Assembly (NCBI GenBank): GCA_020632395.1
Contig: JACKFQ010000002.1
Span: forward strand, 7,299-71,298
Direction: 5' to 3'
DNA from: Candidatus Nomurabacteria bacterium
GTDB lineage: Bacteria; Patescibacteriota; Dojkabacteria; SC72; JAHDCA01
DNA: 64,000 nucleotides
How positions within the stretch are numbered: position 1 is the first letter of the stretch; every line of letters starts with the position of its first letter. The notes beneath the pieces are model-generated. The model was not told the DNA's origin and ran no database searches. It saw nothing but the letters and a program-made list of their open reading frames with translations. Positions 38,475-47,566 of this stretch are shown in pieces. Both the position numbers and the translations under genes were made by a program.

Positions 38475-39509
38475 TCACATTGGCTGAAATCGAACAGGGA
38501 TCTCTAGCAAAATATTCCCCTCATCATATATTCTCCAGTTCCCAAAACTGCTTTCTAACCCCGCAATACTACCGATGACTATTGCGGTATCTATCTTTCC
38601 ATCCTCGACAGGCAGAACGTACTCACCTATCTCATTGCCTATCTCACCTGTGAGTACCAATCTCAAAGGTCCCTCATATTCCGTAGTCCCACGAAAGATG
38701 ACTGTTGTGTCATTGCTGATCTGATCGCGGATAGGACCGATCATTGAGATCTTGGGGGCACTTGAGATGGCGAATCTTATAGGTATCTTGAGTGTGAGGT
38801 CTGAATCAACTCCCTCAGAGATCGGAAATACTAAGATGTATCCTTCTGTTGTGCTAGGTGAATTTTGTAAGTTTATCGGAGTTGTCCAAGAACGAAGATC
38901 TGGTTCGATCCCTGTTAATCCTCCGGTGCTTTCCCCAAGACGGATACCACGATCATCATAAACTTCTATTTTCACAGCTAGAAACGATGCTGTAGCACTA
39001 CCTGTTGCGACAAATTTACCAGTAAGCATCTCTCCTTGTGTAGGTTCGATTAACTCAATGGTCCTTGGAGCATTGAAATTAGGGAGGTCATCATCTGCAA
39101 ATGGTTGGATGGCAACTATTTGACGGGGAGTTACAGACGGATCGTGTATGAATTTGAGTAGAGGATTTTCTAAATACCCAAAGTAGACCAAAATAGAAAC
39201 AAATGCCGATATAGAAAGAATCATCATAAAATATACGAGGAGAAAGTCTTTCCAAGTTCTGATACCCTGTTTTTGACTCTTAAAAACATACGTCTCCTTT
39301 GGGTTAAAGTCTTCTTCTAATCCTAACTCCTTTAACTCCCTCTTTCTCTTTGCCGTGCGATCGACCTTATCGATCAGTTCCAGAATCGATTCTTTGGTAG
39401 AACCGATCACGCCGTTGTATGATTGGTCAGAGGCTGTTTCGACTACATATGATGATGTGGGATCGAACTTTGATCTATTCTTTTTTTTCTGTTTATCTTT
39501 GGTTTCCAT
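38475..39509 (-). CDS. Hypothetical bitopic membrane protein with Lys-rich cytoplasmic N-terminus and extracytoplasmic domain
   Basis: One TM helix (LLVYFMMILSISAFVSILVYFGY). No recognised motifs. Confidence 0.3.
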   Translation of the reverse strand: METKDKQKKKNRSKFDPTSSYVVETASDQSYNGVIGSTKESILELIDKVDRTAKRKRELKELGLEEDFNPKETYVFKSQKQGIRTWKDFLLVYFMMILSISAFVSILVYFGYLENPLLKFIHDPSVTPRQIVAIQPFADDDLPNFNAPRTIELIEPTQGEMLTGKFVATGSATASFLAVKIEVYDDRGIRLGESTGGLTGIEPDLRSWTTPINLQNSPSTTEGYILVFPISEGVDSDLTLKIPIRFAISSAPKISMIGPIRDQISNDTTVIFRGTTEYEGPLRLVLTGEIGNEIGEYVLPVEDGKIDTAIVIGSIAGLESSFGNWRIYDEGNILLEIPVRFQPM

Positions 39510-39533
39510 TATATGTATTAATAACTGTAGGTC

Positions 39534-40505
39534 TTATATTGCTACAGCAGAAGTAATAACCTGCCCAAGAAAGAACAGGTAAAAAATTAGAAGAAGCAAA
39601 CCTTCCCATTGTGTTATCTGTCGCTCTTGTGTGATAAAAAAATACAAAAGCCCCGTCGCAACAAGTATCGGTGCTATCAAATAATATGTCTCATGCGAGA
39701 CGGTAACATCTCCAAGAAGTGCCGGTATCCCTATAGCTCCAAAAAGATTGAAGATACTAGATCCCATGATATTTCCCACCACAACCTCTCTTAATCCTTT
39801 CTTCAGTGAAGTAAGGATTATCATAAGCTCTGGGAGAGATGTTCCCAATGAAAATGCTGTTATAGCTATCATATCTGAAGGTACTCCTAACATAGTCGAA
39901 ATATCAACTATTGAATCAACAACATACTTCGATGCTAGAACTAGTAAAACTATACCTAGTGCTATCTTCACAAAGGTCATCGCCCCAAGCTGTTCCTTAC
40001 GTGATCGATGTTTTGCTTCTATCTCAAGCCTTTGATGAGCAGAAGTGCTGCTGGATCTCACATGGATAGCGTAGAGAATGTACACAACAAGTCCAAATAT
40101 CATTAGCAAAGACTCATACTTTGAGATCGATCCATCCTGTGCACTGAGAACTACAAGAAATGTTGCACCTATGAAGATCGGAAGGTCGACATGAAGGAGA
40201 TCGTATTTTACCGAAAGGTTCTTTGCTACGATCGCGGCTAAACCGAGTATCAAGAGTATATTAGTAAGATTGCTACCTACCGCACTACCGAAAACCACCT
40301 GCGAATTACCACTTATCGAGGCGTAGATGGCTGATGAGATCTCAGGAAGTGAAGTGCCAAAAGACACTACAGTCACACCCAATACAAAACTCGGGATCCC
40401 TAAATGACGACCTATCTGCTCTGATGATCCAATAAAAATATCCGCCGCTTTTACAAGTGCAGCCATGCTTAATATGAAAAGTGCTATAGGCAGTAATGGT
40501 TCCAT
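39534..40505 (-). CDS. Ca2+/Na+ antiporter, CaCA family (YrbG-like)
   Basis: Two alpha-repeat motifs GTSLPE (FGTSLPEISSAIYAS and SLGTSLPELMIIL), about 10 TM helices. Confidence 0.8.
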   Translation of the reverse strand: MEPLLPIALFILSMAALVKAADIFIGSSEQIGRHLGIPSFVLGVTVVSFGTSLPEISSAIYASISGNSQVVFGSAVGSNLTNILLILGLAAIVAKNLSVKYDLLHVDLPIFIGATFLVVLSAQDGSISKYESLLMIFGLVVYILYAIHVRSSSTSAHQRLEIEAKHRSRKEQLGAMTFVKIALGIVLLVLASKYVVDSIVDISTMLGVPSDMIAITAFSLGTSLPELMIILTSLKKGLREVVVGNIMGSSIFNLFGAIGIPALLGDVTVSHETYYLIAPILVATGLLYFFITQERQITQWEGLLLLIFYLFFLGQVITSAVAI

Positions 40506-40693
40506 GGTTACAATAATGATCTACAAAGGCTCTCCTTAAATATTAACAGATAGTAATACGATATTACAGCAATTTGGCGCAGAACATACCAGATCACATA
40601 CTATAAGGATATCAAAGTATTTTCATTCGTGGTTACAATTTGATAATATTAAGAAGAATCAATCTAAGTATATGACTTTTTACAATCTGCCCT

Positions 40694-42232
40694 ATGCAAG
40701 AACAATATTTATCACTTGGAAATCGAGATGTATTTAACGGACAGTACATGCTTGCTGCATACAAGATCATACCCTATGGTGGAGTTACATTGGCTGATGC
40801 AGCAACAGAAGTGGCCGCAGAATCAAGCACAGGCTCTAACCTAAAGGTCGGATCAGCCACTCCATTCTCCATGACGATGGATGCTCTCGTTTACGAGCTT
40901 GATGAAGAGAATCATATGGCATATATTGCCTATCCTTGGAGGATCTTCGATTCTGGAGGAAATATTCAAAACATTATGACATTTATAGCAGGGAATATTT
41001 ATGGGATGGGTAATCTTGCTGGTTGTAAACTGATGGATGTACAGTTCCCTTCTCAGATGCTCACCAAGTATGACGGGCCAAGCACTAACCTCGATGATAT
41101 GAGAAAGTATCTTAATGTTTATGACAGGCCTATTCTGGGTACTATTATCAAACCAAAGATCGGACTTACAGCAACCGAGTACGCTGAACTATGTCATGAC
41201 TTTTGGGTTGGGAGTGGTGATTTTGTGAAAAATGATGAACCACAAGCCGATCAAGATTTCGCACCGTTCACACAAATGGTTGATTCTGTACGACATGCGA
41301 TGGATATGGCAGAAGATAAGACAGGACATACTAAGGTACACTCTTTCAATGTCTCTTCATCTGATTATGAAACGATGATAAAGAGAGCTGACTATATTCA
41401 AAAGATCATGAATCCAGGCAGTTATGCTTTCCTGATCGACGGGATCACAGCAGGTTGGATGGCCGTGCAGACCTTGAGGAGAAAATACCCTGACGTCTTC
41501 ATACATTTCCACAGAGCAGGACACGGTGCATTTACCCGAAAAGAAAATCCATTTGGTTTCTCAGTGCCAGTATTGACCAAAATGGCACGATTAGCCGGTG
41601 CTTCAGGTATACATACTGGTACTGCTGGGGTTGGCAAGATGGATGGTGATTCAACAGAAGATGTAGAGGCTATGCAACAGGCTCTAAGACTAGAATCAAA
41701 AGGTTCCTATTTTGACCAGATATGGAGCAAAATACCTAATGAAGATGATGACGTACAAACAATGATCAGAGCCGAAAAGAGTCTTTGGGATGCTGGTGCA
41801 CATGAACTTAGCAATATGCGTAAAGATGCCATGAAGGTCGAGGGACATACACTTCAGTTCGGTGCTGATTGGAGAGTGATGAACAGGATGTCTCCTATCG
41901 CATCAGGAGGTATGAATCCAGTATTACTACCTGAATTCATAGATACTGTAGGCACAATAGACTTCATAATCACAATGGGAGGTGGGATACATTCACATCC
42001 AATGATGACTACAGCAGGTATGCAAGCAGTAATGGAAGCTTTTCAAGCTTGGCAGGATGGAATTACGCTGAACGAAGCAGCTCATGATAAGAAAGGTCAC
42101 GATACAGAACTTGAATCTGCGATCAGATACTACGACAAGCATGGAACTCAAGCTCATCGGGTGCCACAAACTGGTGCCCCCATAGACAATATTGATCCTA
42201 CAAAGATTGATCAGGGAGGTAATGGACAGTAA
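40694..42232 (+). CDS. rbcL: RuBisCO large-subunit homologue, form II/III-like (archaeal/CPR type), catalytic residues conserved
   Basis: AAESSTGS, GTIIKPKIGL (K175), GSGDFVKNDE (K201 carbamylation site, D203/E204 Mg ligands), HFHRAGHGA (H294/R295), HTGTAGVGKMDG (H327/K334), GGGIHSHP (G380/G381; position 379 is G, not S). Confidence 0.8.
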   Translation: MQEQYLSLGNRDVFNGQYMLAAYKIIPYGGVTLADAATEVAAESSTGSNLKVGSATPFSMTMDALVYELDEENHMAYIAYPWRIFDSGGNIQNIMTFIAGNIYGMGNLAGCKLMDVQFPSQMLTKYDGPSTNLDDMRKYLNVYDRPILGTIIKPKIGLTATEYAELCHDFWVGSGDFVKNDEPQADQDFAPFTQMVDSVRHAMDMAEDKTGHTKVHSFNVSSSDYETMIKRADYIQKIMNPGSYAFLIDGITAGWMAVQTLRRKYPDVFIHFHRAGHGAFTRKENPFGFSVPVLTKMARLAGASGIHTGTAGVGKMDGDSTEDVEAMQQALRLESKGSYFDQIWSKIPNEDDDVQTMIRAEKSLWDAGAHELSNMRKDAMKVEGHTLQFGADWRVMNRMSPIASGGMNPVLLPEFIDTVGTIDFIITMGGGIHSHPMMTTAGMQAVMEAFQAWQDGITLNEAAHDKKGHDTELESAIRYYDKHGTQAHRVPQTGAPIDNIDPTKIDQGGNGQ

Positions 42233-42284
42233 TAGTCAAAAACAAAAAACAACAAACAAACCTTTACCAGATAGACAAAGGAGG

Positions 42285-42779
42285 TTGATGTATCTTGTGA
42301 GATCGGGATTATATGTCTTACCGGTAGTTTTTCTTGTAGTTGGGTTTGTTGTACTTAGATTCCTATACCAACACAATCTTGTAAATTCAAGCTTTTCAGA
42401 ATTCACCGATCGATCTCCGATCATCACAAGCAAGATACTAGGTAAACAGCGTATTGATCTAGATAACGAAAGTATTCCATTTAGAAGCGACGGCATAAGT
42501 TATGGTGCCACAGTGATACTTCAAGGTTTTGTTGAATCAAAAGAGGGTTCTGTACTACGGATCGTGAAAGGAGATAGCCAGGCAGTAAGTGTAAGACTTC
42601 CTGATACAGGATCTCTTAGTATCAGGTGTGTGGAACCAATAGATTGCGTATGTGAATCTTGTGTCCTTGATGATATCGTTCCAGGTACACTTATTGAGAT
42701 CTTCAATACATATGATCCTATCAATGATGAAAATGTCCTTGATCAAGAGCCAATAATATCTAATGTGACGATCAGATGA
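42285..42779 (+). CDS. Hypothetical membrane-anchored protein (Cys-containing C-terminal domain)
   Basis: Start chosen at MYLVRSG, which is preceded by a strong AGGAGG SD. The ORF-track start at 42192 overlaps the RuBisCO gene. Confidence 0.35.
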   Translation: MMYLVRSGLYVLPVVFLVVGFVVLRFLYQHNLVNSSFSEFTDRSPIITSKILGKQRIDLDNESIPFRSDGISYGATVILQGFVESKEGSVLRIVKGDSQAVSVRLPDTGSLSIRCVEPIDCVCESCVLDDIVPGTLIEIFNTYDPINDENVLDQEPIISNVTIR

Positions 42780-43285
42780 AACTCGAGATCAAACAACTAT
42801 CCCCCAAGATCATGATCATTATGACGATCGATCTTCTGATCGGTTTATTACTACTTCTCGGTCTTTTATGGGTGTATGGATCTGAAAGCATTATATCTTC
42901 ATTGCCTATGAATCCAGCGATCCAGGATTCCAGTCTCTCGATATATCTATTGGATCAGGATAGATATGAGCTAATTATGCCTGATTCAAGTGATTCATTT
43001 GGTTACTATGGCTTCGTGCTAAGAGTACCGGGTCAACTCACCGAATATCTTTGTGATGGGGTACGAAAACAGATCGATCTCTCTATGATGTATCCGACCT
43101 GTACCAACGGGATACCAGAGATACTTGATTTCGATGGGGTTGAGGTCACTCCACCTGTAGCTATACAAACTGTTCAATGGAACACCTTCCAAGATTCTAT
43201 TTCAGGAGGTTGTCAGATCGGATTCCAATATGGTTTGATTGATAAAGAGCAAACTGTTAATCTTACTTGTGAACGACCTCAATGA
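42776..43285 (+). CDS. Hypothetical membrane-anchored protein
   Basis: ATGA start/stop overlap with both neighbours, indicating translational coupling. N-terminal TM helix. Confidence 0.35.
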   Translation: MKLEIKQLSPKIMIIMTIDLLIGLLLLLGLLWVYGSESIISSLPMNPAIQDSSLSIYLLDQDRYELIMPDSSDSFGYYGFVLRVPGQLTEYLCDGVRKQIDLSMMYPTCTNGIPEILDFDGVEVTPPVAIQTVQWNTFQDSISGGCQIGFQYGLIDKEQTVNLTCERPQ

Positions 43286-46200
43286 TATACAAACAGAGGA
43301 CATATCTCGCTTGTACAACGATCATACTGATGATCTTCTCTTTAGGGATGTTCTTGAGGACTCCGACCCCAACAAATGCTGCTTACGAGTGCTCACCTGG
43401 CACATCTGAAACGGGAACTTCTACCAACCCTTGTAGTTGTATTGTAAATGGACAATGGAATGTATATCCGAATGATGTTGGCTATTGTCGTGTAAACGAT
43501 ATTCCGAGTGATTGTATGAATTGTTGTGATAACAGTAATGGAGGATGTGGAGGAGGAGGAGGAAATCAGTGTTCGTGTACACCATCATGTATCGACCCAG
43601 CACAACCGCTGATAACAAATACAGTACAAGGTGATCCATCAGTGATCCAATGGACAGTTTCAAACTGGGGAAAGGACCAAGGACAGACGACATGTAATAA
43701 CAATTCTTGTGAAAGAAGTGGATACTCTGGTGCTGGGTATTCTAAGATCTATGCAAACGGAACAGATGTGACCGAACATTGCCTAGAGGCCATAGGTAAC
43801 GGATCTTCTGCAAAGGTCCCCGACAGCTCAAGCTCTGTTGAAACATGCTCATTGGATTATATAGGTCCAAATTGGCCTGGCACAACAGTTACTTTCAGGG
43901 TAGAGATACATAATGTAGACACATCTTGTGACACACCATCAACCACCGCAACAATGACATTTCCGGCTAATGATCGACCGTATTGTGTGGATCTTGATAT
44001 TGCTGGTGGTAGAGTTGCAGGTGATCTAGTAGGAATAGATCTAAACGCTCCACTTACATTGAGCTTTACAGCTGGCGAAAATGATTCGTACGGTCCTCCC
44101 GGGATGCTTGATCTTTGTTATGCAGTGAGAAACCAATCTCTAGCATTTTACTCCACTCCGGGGGACAATGCTTCTTGGGTTTGTATAGGGCCACAATATG
44201 ACACTTCAACATACACCGTAAACACAACTCTTCAGCAATTGATCAATAACTACAACATCACATCACAAACAAATCCCTCAGATCTCCAACAAGCTATTAC
44301 TCGATATGGATTTATTTTCACAACCAATGTTGTTGATAATATTTCTGATCAGTTCTGTACGACAAACCTTGCTTGGAACAACGGATCTGGTACTTGGGGA
44401 CCTCCATTCCCATCCGGTACCTGTGATGGAGGGAATTGTCGTGGAAGTATTTTCAACAATCCACCTTCTATCGATGCAGTATCACAGAACAGTACCATCT
44501 ACATAGGTACATCAATTGATTCAGACAATGGTTATCAGTGTCAGGACAATAACCCGTACACCTATCAGATGACAGTTTCTGACCCTGATGGTTCGTCAGA
44601 CATTAACCTACTACATATAGACCTAGCTTCGGACTCAGCATTACTCGATCCCGATCCTAACTTTGTGGGACAAGGGCATTGGGAGATGCGAGCAAGTTTC
44701 GGAAAAACCCACTACGGTACTCCAAATGTATTTGCCTTGAGAGATATCAATCCAGATACAGGTACTTTTTGTTATCGTGCAGATAGAAGTTTGGAACCTA
44801 TTGGAAACGCAAATACACAGTGTATGAAACTGAACGATGGACACAATTGGGAACAAGCGACACTGCTATCCAATCAAACGATGCCAAGTTCAGGAGTTCC
44901 TGTCGACATCTACTACCTACAGAATGATATCGAAGTTTATGGTGGTGGACATATCACACGCATGAAGGGTTCGACAGATTGGAGATCTGCTACCTACGTG
45001 GCTTATGAAAGAAATGGCGACAGGGTATTTATGAATTATGTCATCGAATTTCTTGATGACGGATCGTATCATTGGAATGGCTCGTATAATCAGATCTACT
45101 ATGTCCGTGACATAGTCGGTCATAGGACAATTGCTCCGGGTGAAGATAGAACCATAGATCTCCCGGGAGAGAGTATCGTAAATGTAAATAACAGAAGTGC
45201 ACACCACAAGCTTGGTCGCTCTATTGTTGATCTAAGGTATCCGGAGATCCAAGTAGGAACTCCAGTTGTACAGACAGCACGAGTTATGCGTATCAATTGG
45301 TCTGCCAGTGATGCAGATTCTGGTGTCAATAGAGTCTTTGCAGAATCAGGTTTTACAGGAGTACCCCCTGCAAATAACCCTTCATCACCGATCAGTGATC
45401 TAACAGCAATTTCATCAGGAGACCCACAAATTGCATCTGCTTATGATGCAGGTCTCTACACCCCTGTTGGGGATCCATTCCTATGGAATATGGTCGACAT
45501 AAATCAGAATAATGTGAGCCGATCAGAAGATATTGACATAATTGACAATGATGAAGGGACTTTTGACTTCAATGCATACACACAGGACAGAGCATGCAAC
45601 GCTAACACATTTATAATGAACGAACAGCTTGATCTTCCATGGATCGCCACTATGGGAGGACTTGTGTATTCATTCAGTTCACCAGAGATTGTTGTTACAA
45701 GCTATGCAGATACTGGTAATATAGCACCTGATATCAGTACATCTTCACCATTCGACTTTAAAAAAGAAACAGTCGACTTATCCACCGAATGGCTAGGGAC
45801 AGGAGTTACAACTGCTGATGATAGATTTATCAAGAAATACAATCAAACATACGCCTTTGGAAATCGTTTCTACTCAGATGATAATAACGATGCTGGTTAC
45901 TGGATCGACTACTTGAATGATCTTCTGGATTACAAACTCGGAATATATCCTGATGAGTATCAAGAACTTGCATACGGAAATGCAACTCTCTCTGGAAATG
46001 TAAGTACCCAGGGTTGTGATACAGATAAAAAGTGTGTCATCAGACGTACAGGGAATCTGACGATCAATGGAAATCTTACCTGTGATCGTAAAACAGCTCT
46101 TATTGTATATGGTGGATCCTTAACTATCAACGGAGATATACTTTTACCCGCAGGAGATCAAACAAACGGCTGTATCATACTGGTGACAGGAGATGTGATC

Positions 46201-46536
46201 GTGAGTGCAGGTCAGTATCTATCCAGTACTGGGTCCCCTCCAAGATACGATACCTTGAACGCTTTTATCATATCTGATGGGGCGATCAAGATTCCCGAGG
46301 TAGACATAACGGCAGAGATCCGAGATGGTTTGAGAGTATCGGGAAGTATGTTGGGTTTTGGTGTGAGTACAGAAGGCAGAAGTATCGTTCTTGACAGATC
46401 CTTGAGATTACTGGACAACTATCTTTATCCGACCCAGGTGATCAAATACGATAAGAGATATCTGTTTCTCGCAAGAGAGATCTTTGGTGGTGAAAAGGAC
46501 ACCTATAAAAGCGAAGTCGGATTCAAAGGTGGATAA
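43282..46536 (+). CDS. Large secreted Cys-rich protein (1084 aa), function unknown
   Basis: Signal/TM N-terminus followed by about 150 aa with more than 20 Cys (CSCIVNG...CMNCCDNSNGGCGGGGGNQCSCTPSC) and a long Asn/Thr/Ser-rich body. No catalytic motifs recognised. Confidence 0.4.
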   Translation: MIYKQRTYLACTTIILMIFSLGMFLRTPTPTNAAYECSPGTSETGTSTNPCSCIVNGQWNVYPNDVGYCRVNDIPSDCMNCCDNSNGGCGGGGGNQCSCTPSCIDPAQPLITNTVQGDPSVIQWTVSNWGKDQGQTTCNNNSCERSGYSGAGYSKIYANGTDVTEHCLEAIGNGSSAKVPDSSSSVETCSLDYIGPNWPGTTVTFRVEIHNVDTSCDTPSTTATMTFPANDRPYCVDLDIAGGRVAGDLVGIDLNAPLTLSFTAGENDSYGPPGMLDLCYAVRNQSLAFYSTPGDNASWVCIGPQYDTSTYTVNTTLQQLINNYNITSQTNPSDLQQAITRYGFIFTTNVVDNISDQFCTTNLAWNNGSGTWGPPFPSGTCDGGNCRGSIFNNPPSIDAVSQNSTIYIGTSIDSDNGYQCQDNNPYTYQMTVSDPDGSSDINLLHIDLASDSALLDPDPNFVGQGHWEMRASFGKTHYGTPNVFALRDINPDTGTFCYRADRSLEPIGNANTQCMKLNDGHNWEQATLLSNQTMPSSGVPVDIYYLQNDIEVYGGGHITRMKGSTDWRSATYVAYERNGDRVFMNYVIEFLDDGSYHWNGSYNQIYYVRDIVGHRTIAPGEDRTIDLPGESIVNVNNRSAHHKLGRSIVDLRYPEIQVGTPVVQTARVMRINWSASDADSGVNRVFAESGFTGVPPANNPSSPISDLTAISSGDPQIASAYDAGLYTPVGDPFLWNMVDINQNNVSRSEDIDIIDNDEGTFDFNAYTQDRACNANTFIMNEQLDLPWIATMGGLVYSFSSPEIVVTSYADTGNIAPDISTSSPFDFKKETVDLSTEWLGTGVTTADDRFIKKYNQTYAFGNRFYSDDNNDAGYWIDYLNDLLDYKLGIYPDEYQELAYGNATLSGNVSTQGCDTDKKCVIRRTGNLTINGNLTCDRKTALIVYGGSLTINGDILLPAGDQTNGCIILVTGDVIVSAGQYLSSTGSPPRYDTLNAFIISDGAIKIPEVDITAEIRDGLRVSGSMLGFGVSTEGRSIVLDRSLRLLDNYLYPTQVIKYDKRYLFLAREIFGGEKDTYKSEVGFKGG

Positions 46537-46654
46537 ATAGCAAAACTCAATACATACACCCTTGATATTCATTCAGAAGAATAACTTTCCAGCTTGGAGA
46601 CTTTAGTTGCAGAGTTTTTGCTTGATCTCATTGCTGAGGAAGTAAGTAGGCAGT

Positions 46655-47059
46655 TCAATTGACTCTCGTCACAACTACTGGATAATCAGCGACATTGACC
46701 TCATAGGTCATCTGATAGACCGAGTTCTCAAAAGTACTAGAAACGATAAGTTCCTTTAGAGTAGGATCTCCTCCTATATTCGTCACAGACCCATCACAAA
46801 CCACTGTATCCTCAGATATTTCAATACTTCCTACATAATCTGGATCAAACTTCAATATGGCAATTCCTTCTTCAAGGCAAGACTGCGCATTTAGTCTGGC
46901 TTCTGTGTATAGATAGTAGCTCTTGGATGCTTTGCGGATATCAATACTTAAAAGTACTACATTTATCCCGCTGATAAGTAGTATAGACGAGATGAGTATA
47001 ACAGTGGGAAGAGCAACACTTCCACGATATTTAGTTATTGCCGACTTTATCTTCTTCAT
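46655..47059 (-). CDS. Pilus-associated small protein with N-terminal TM anchor (possible minor pilin/PilX-like)
   Basis: Hydrophobic N-terminus. Last gene of the pilus gene block. Confidence 0.3.
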   Translation of the reverse strand: MKKIKSAITKYRGSVALPTVILISSILLISGINVVLLSIDIRKASKSYYLYTEARLNAQSCLEEGIAILKFDPDYVGSIEISEDTVVCDGSVTNIGGDPTLKELIVSSTFENSVYQMTYEVNVADYPVVVTRVN

Positions 47060-47060
47060 A

Positions 47061-47564
47061 TTATGGAGTGATATAGAAGAAATTTAGATCCTGTGTCACA
47101 GTAGGAAGGTCCTGATTTTGGAGATCGATATAGATCTCCAAATAGTACATATTCGAACCCGAATCTTCAGCAACTTCTCCACGGAAACGTGTCACTAATG
47201 TATTTGGCGGAGTGAGTGGGAATATGTCTACACCATCAGTGATCTTCAAAATACCATTTTCCAGATAATACTCTTTATAACCCGTAGTGGTTTCAAAACG
47301 TAATATCCCGCTATCATCATCGAGTTTTGAGGAGAGGATGTCGAAGCTTAATGAATCTCGGATAGTTTCCTCAGTATGTTCTGCTAAGAATATCCTAGTT
47401 CGTTGCAATAACAGATTTGCAGTTGAACGCTGGTTTGAGGAGCCTATCGTGAAGTAGAACTGGATCAATGCCAAAAAAAGTAGTGCAAAAAGACCCAGAT
47501 ATACTACTGATTCGATAAGTAAGACTCCTGAATACCGTTTTCTAGAATTATCATCAGCTAACAT
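47061..47564 (-). CDS. Type IV pilin-like protein (minor pilin)
   Basis: Class III signal: RYSG|VLLIESVVYLGLFALLF, with Glu at +5. Confidence 0.55.
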   Translation of the reverse strand: MLADDNSRKRYSGVLLIESVVYLGLFALLFLALIQFYFTIGSSNQRSTANLLLQRTRIFLAEHTEETIRDSLSFDILSSKLDDDSGILRFETTTGYKEYYLENGILKITDGVDIFPLTPPNTLVTRFRGEVAEDSGSNMYYLEIYIDLQNQDLPTVTQDLNFFYITP

Positions 47565-47566
47565 CT

